Positions 63,342-64,000 of a stretch of DNA of 64,000 bases are shown here, in pieces. Positions within the stretch are counted from its first letter, which is position 1, and every line of letters begins with the position of its first letter. The notes under the pieces were generated by a model, which was given only the letters and a program-made list of their open reading frames with translations, made no database searches and had not been told where the DNA came from. Source of the DNA: Vairimorpha necatrix (Eukaryota); the NCBI GenBank assembly GCA_036630325.1, contig CP142732.1, forward strand, positions 1 through 64,000. Reading direction: 5' to 3'. Made by a program: the position numbers and the translations under genes.

Positions 63342-63899
63342 GGCCGTTTAAACCCCGCTTTGAAAGTTGAAAGAACACCCTTTCAAAAATGGAAAAATTG
63401 GCAAAAACAATGTTTGTTGAAGCAGATGAGCTTTTTAGTGATGAAACTAAATTTACATAGAAAACAAAGAAAACATTATTTTGAAAGCATTTGATGTTGA
63501 ATCAGCTTGCACCTTGCTTGTTTCTGTAACTAGTAGAAAGGCTGCTATTTTCTTGAGGTAATACAAGATAATGTATAACCCGTTTCTATCATGATCACTA
63601 ATCAATGAGTAGCATATGAGGCCACATAAGACAATCAAAGAGATGGAGCACGGGACTGTGAATCACACGATCAGTGCTTTTACCCCAGGCGATTCTGAGA
63701 CATTTTACCAAATAATTAAGTTGGTTTTGGCTCATTTTAAAAAAATATTCGATCTATACATGGAATAAACAAGGACCAATTACAGTTCCTCTGGGCTTTC
63801 AAAATCCCCTATAAATTTACGGACAATTTGTCTTCTTTCATTATTTAATATAAATCGTTAGGTCTTTTTTTGAATTTTTCAAAGTGGGTTTATACCCCC
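63342..63899 (+). mobile_element. Degenerate, deleted Merlin-like transposon
   Basis: Imperfect TIRs (taaaccccgctttgaaa / tttcaaagtgggtttata); decayed IMITNQ*VAY and HGTVNHT motifs; ccc before ATG at ~63389. TSD not seen. Confidence 0.6.
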
Positions 63900-64000
63900 A
63901 ATGCGGGATCCAAAAGGTCATGTATCTATTAATTTTATAAACCCTTTTATTTAATCGTATATGTGAGTCATGTTATTTTTAAGTTCAGATATTTAGTGAT

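Overview
AT-rich eukaryotic chromosome end, most likely microsporidian (inferred from CCC/GGG motifs just upstream of ATGs, AATAAA overlapping a stop codon, and the Gypsy/Merlin/R4-type transposon mix). Bases 1-2853 are a telomere made of an irregular mix of CCTA and CCTAA units (TAGG/TTAGG). A ~20.7-kb subtelomeric block (2857-~23605) occurs again in direct orientation 29,950 bp inward (32807-~55395), and the inner copy is preceded by its own 47-bp telomere remnant. Each copy carries private insertions whose empty target sites are visible in the other copy. Only one intact-looking host gene is present (56292-57938, putative secreted protein). The most notable observation concerns two diverged Ty3/Gypsy elements (42488-44465 and 59038-63185). 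Neither has a tRNA primer-binding site; instead each has a 12-bp perfect palindrome in the same register at the 5' LTR boundary (ATTGAATTCAAT and AATGAGCTCATT), differing only by compensatory changes. In both, gag starts inside the LTR, pol ends inside the 3' LTR, Gag has a CHHC knuckle, and U3 has a heat-shock-element-like motif. This may indicate a tRNA-independent priming mechanism. A third Gypsy family has LTRs of only 38-39 bp. All alignments were done by eye; no database searches were run.
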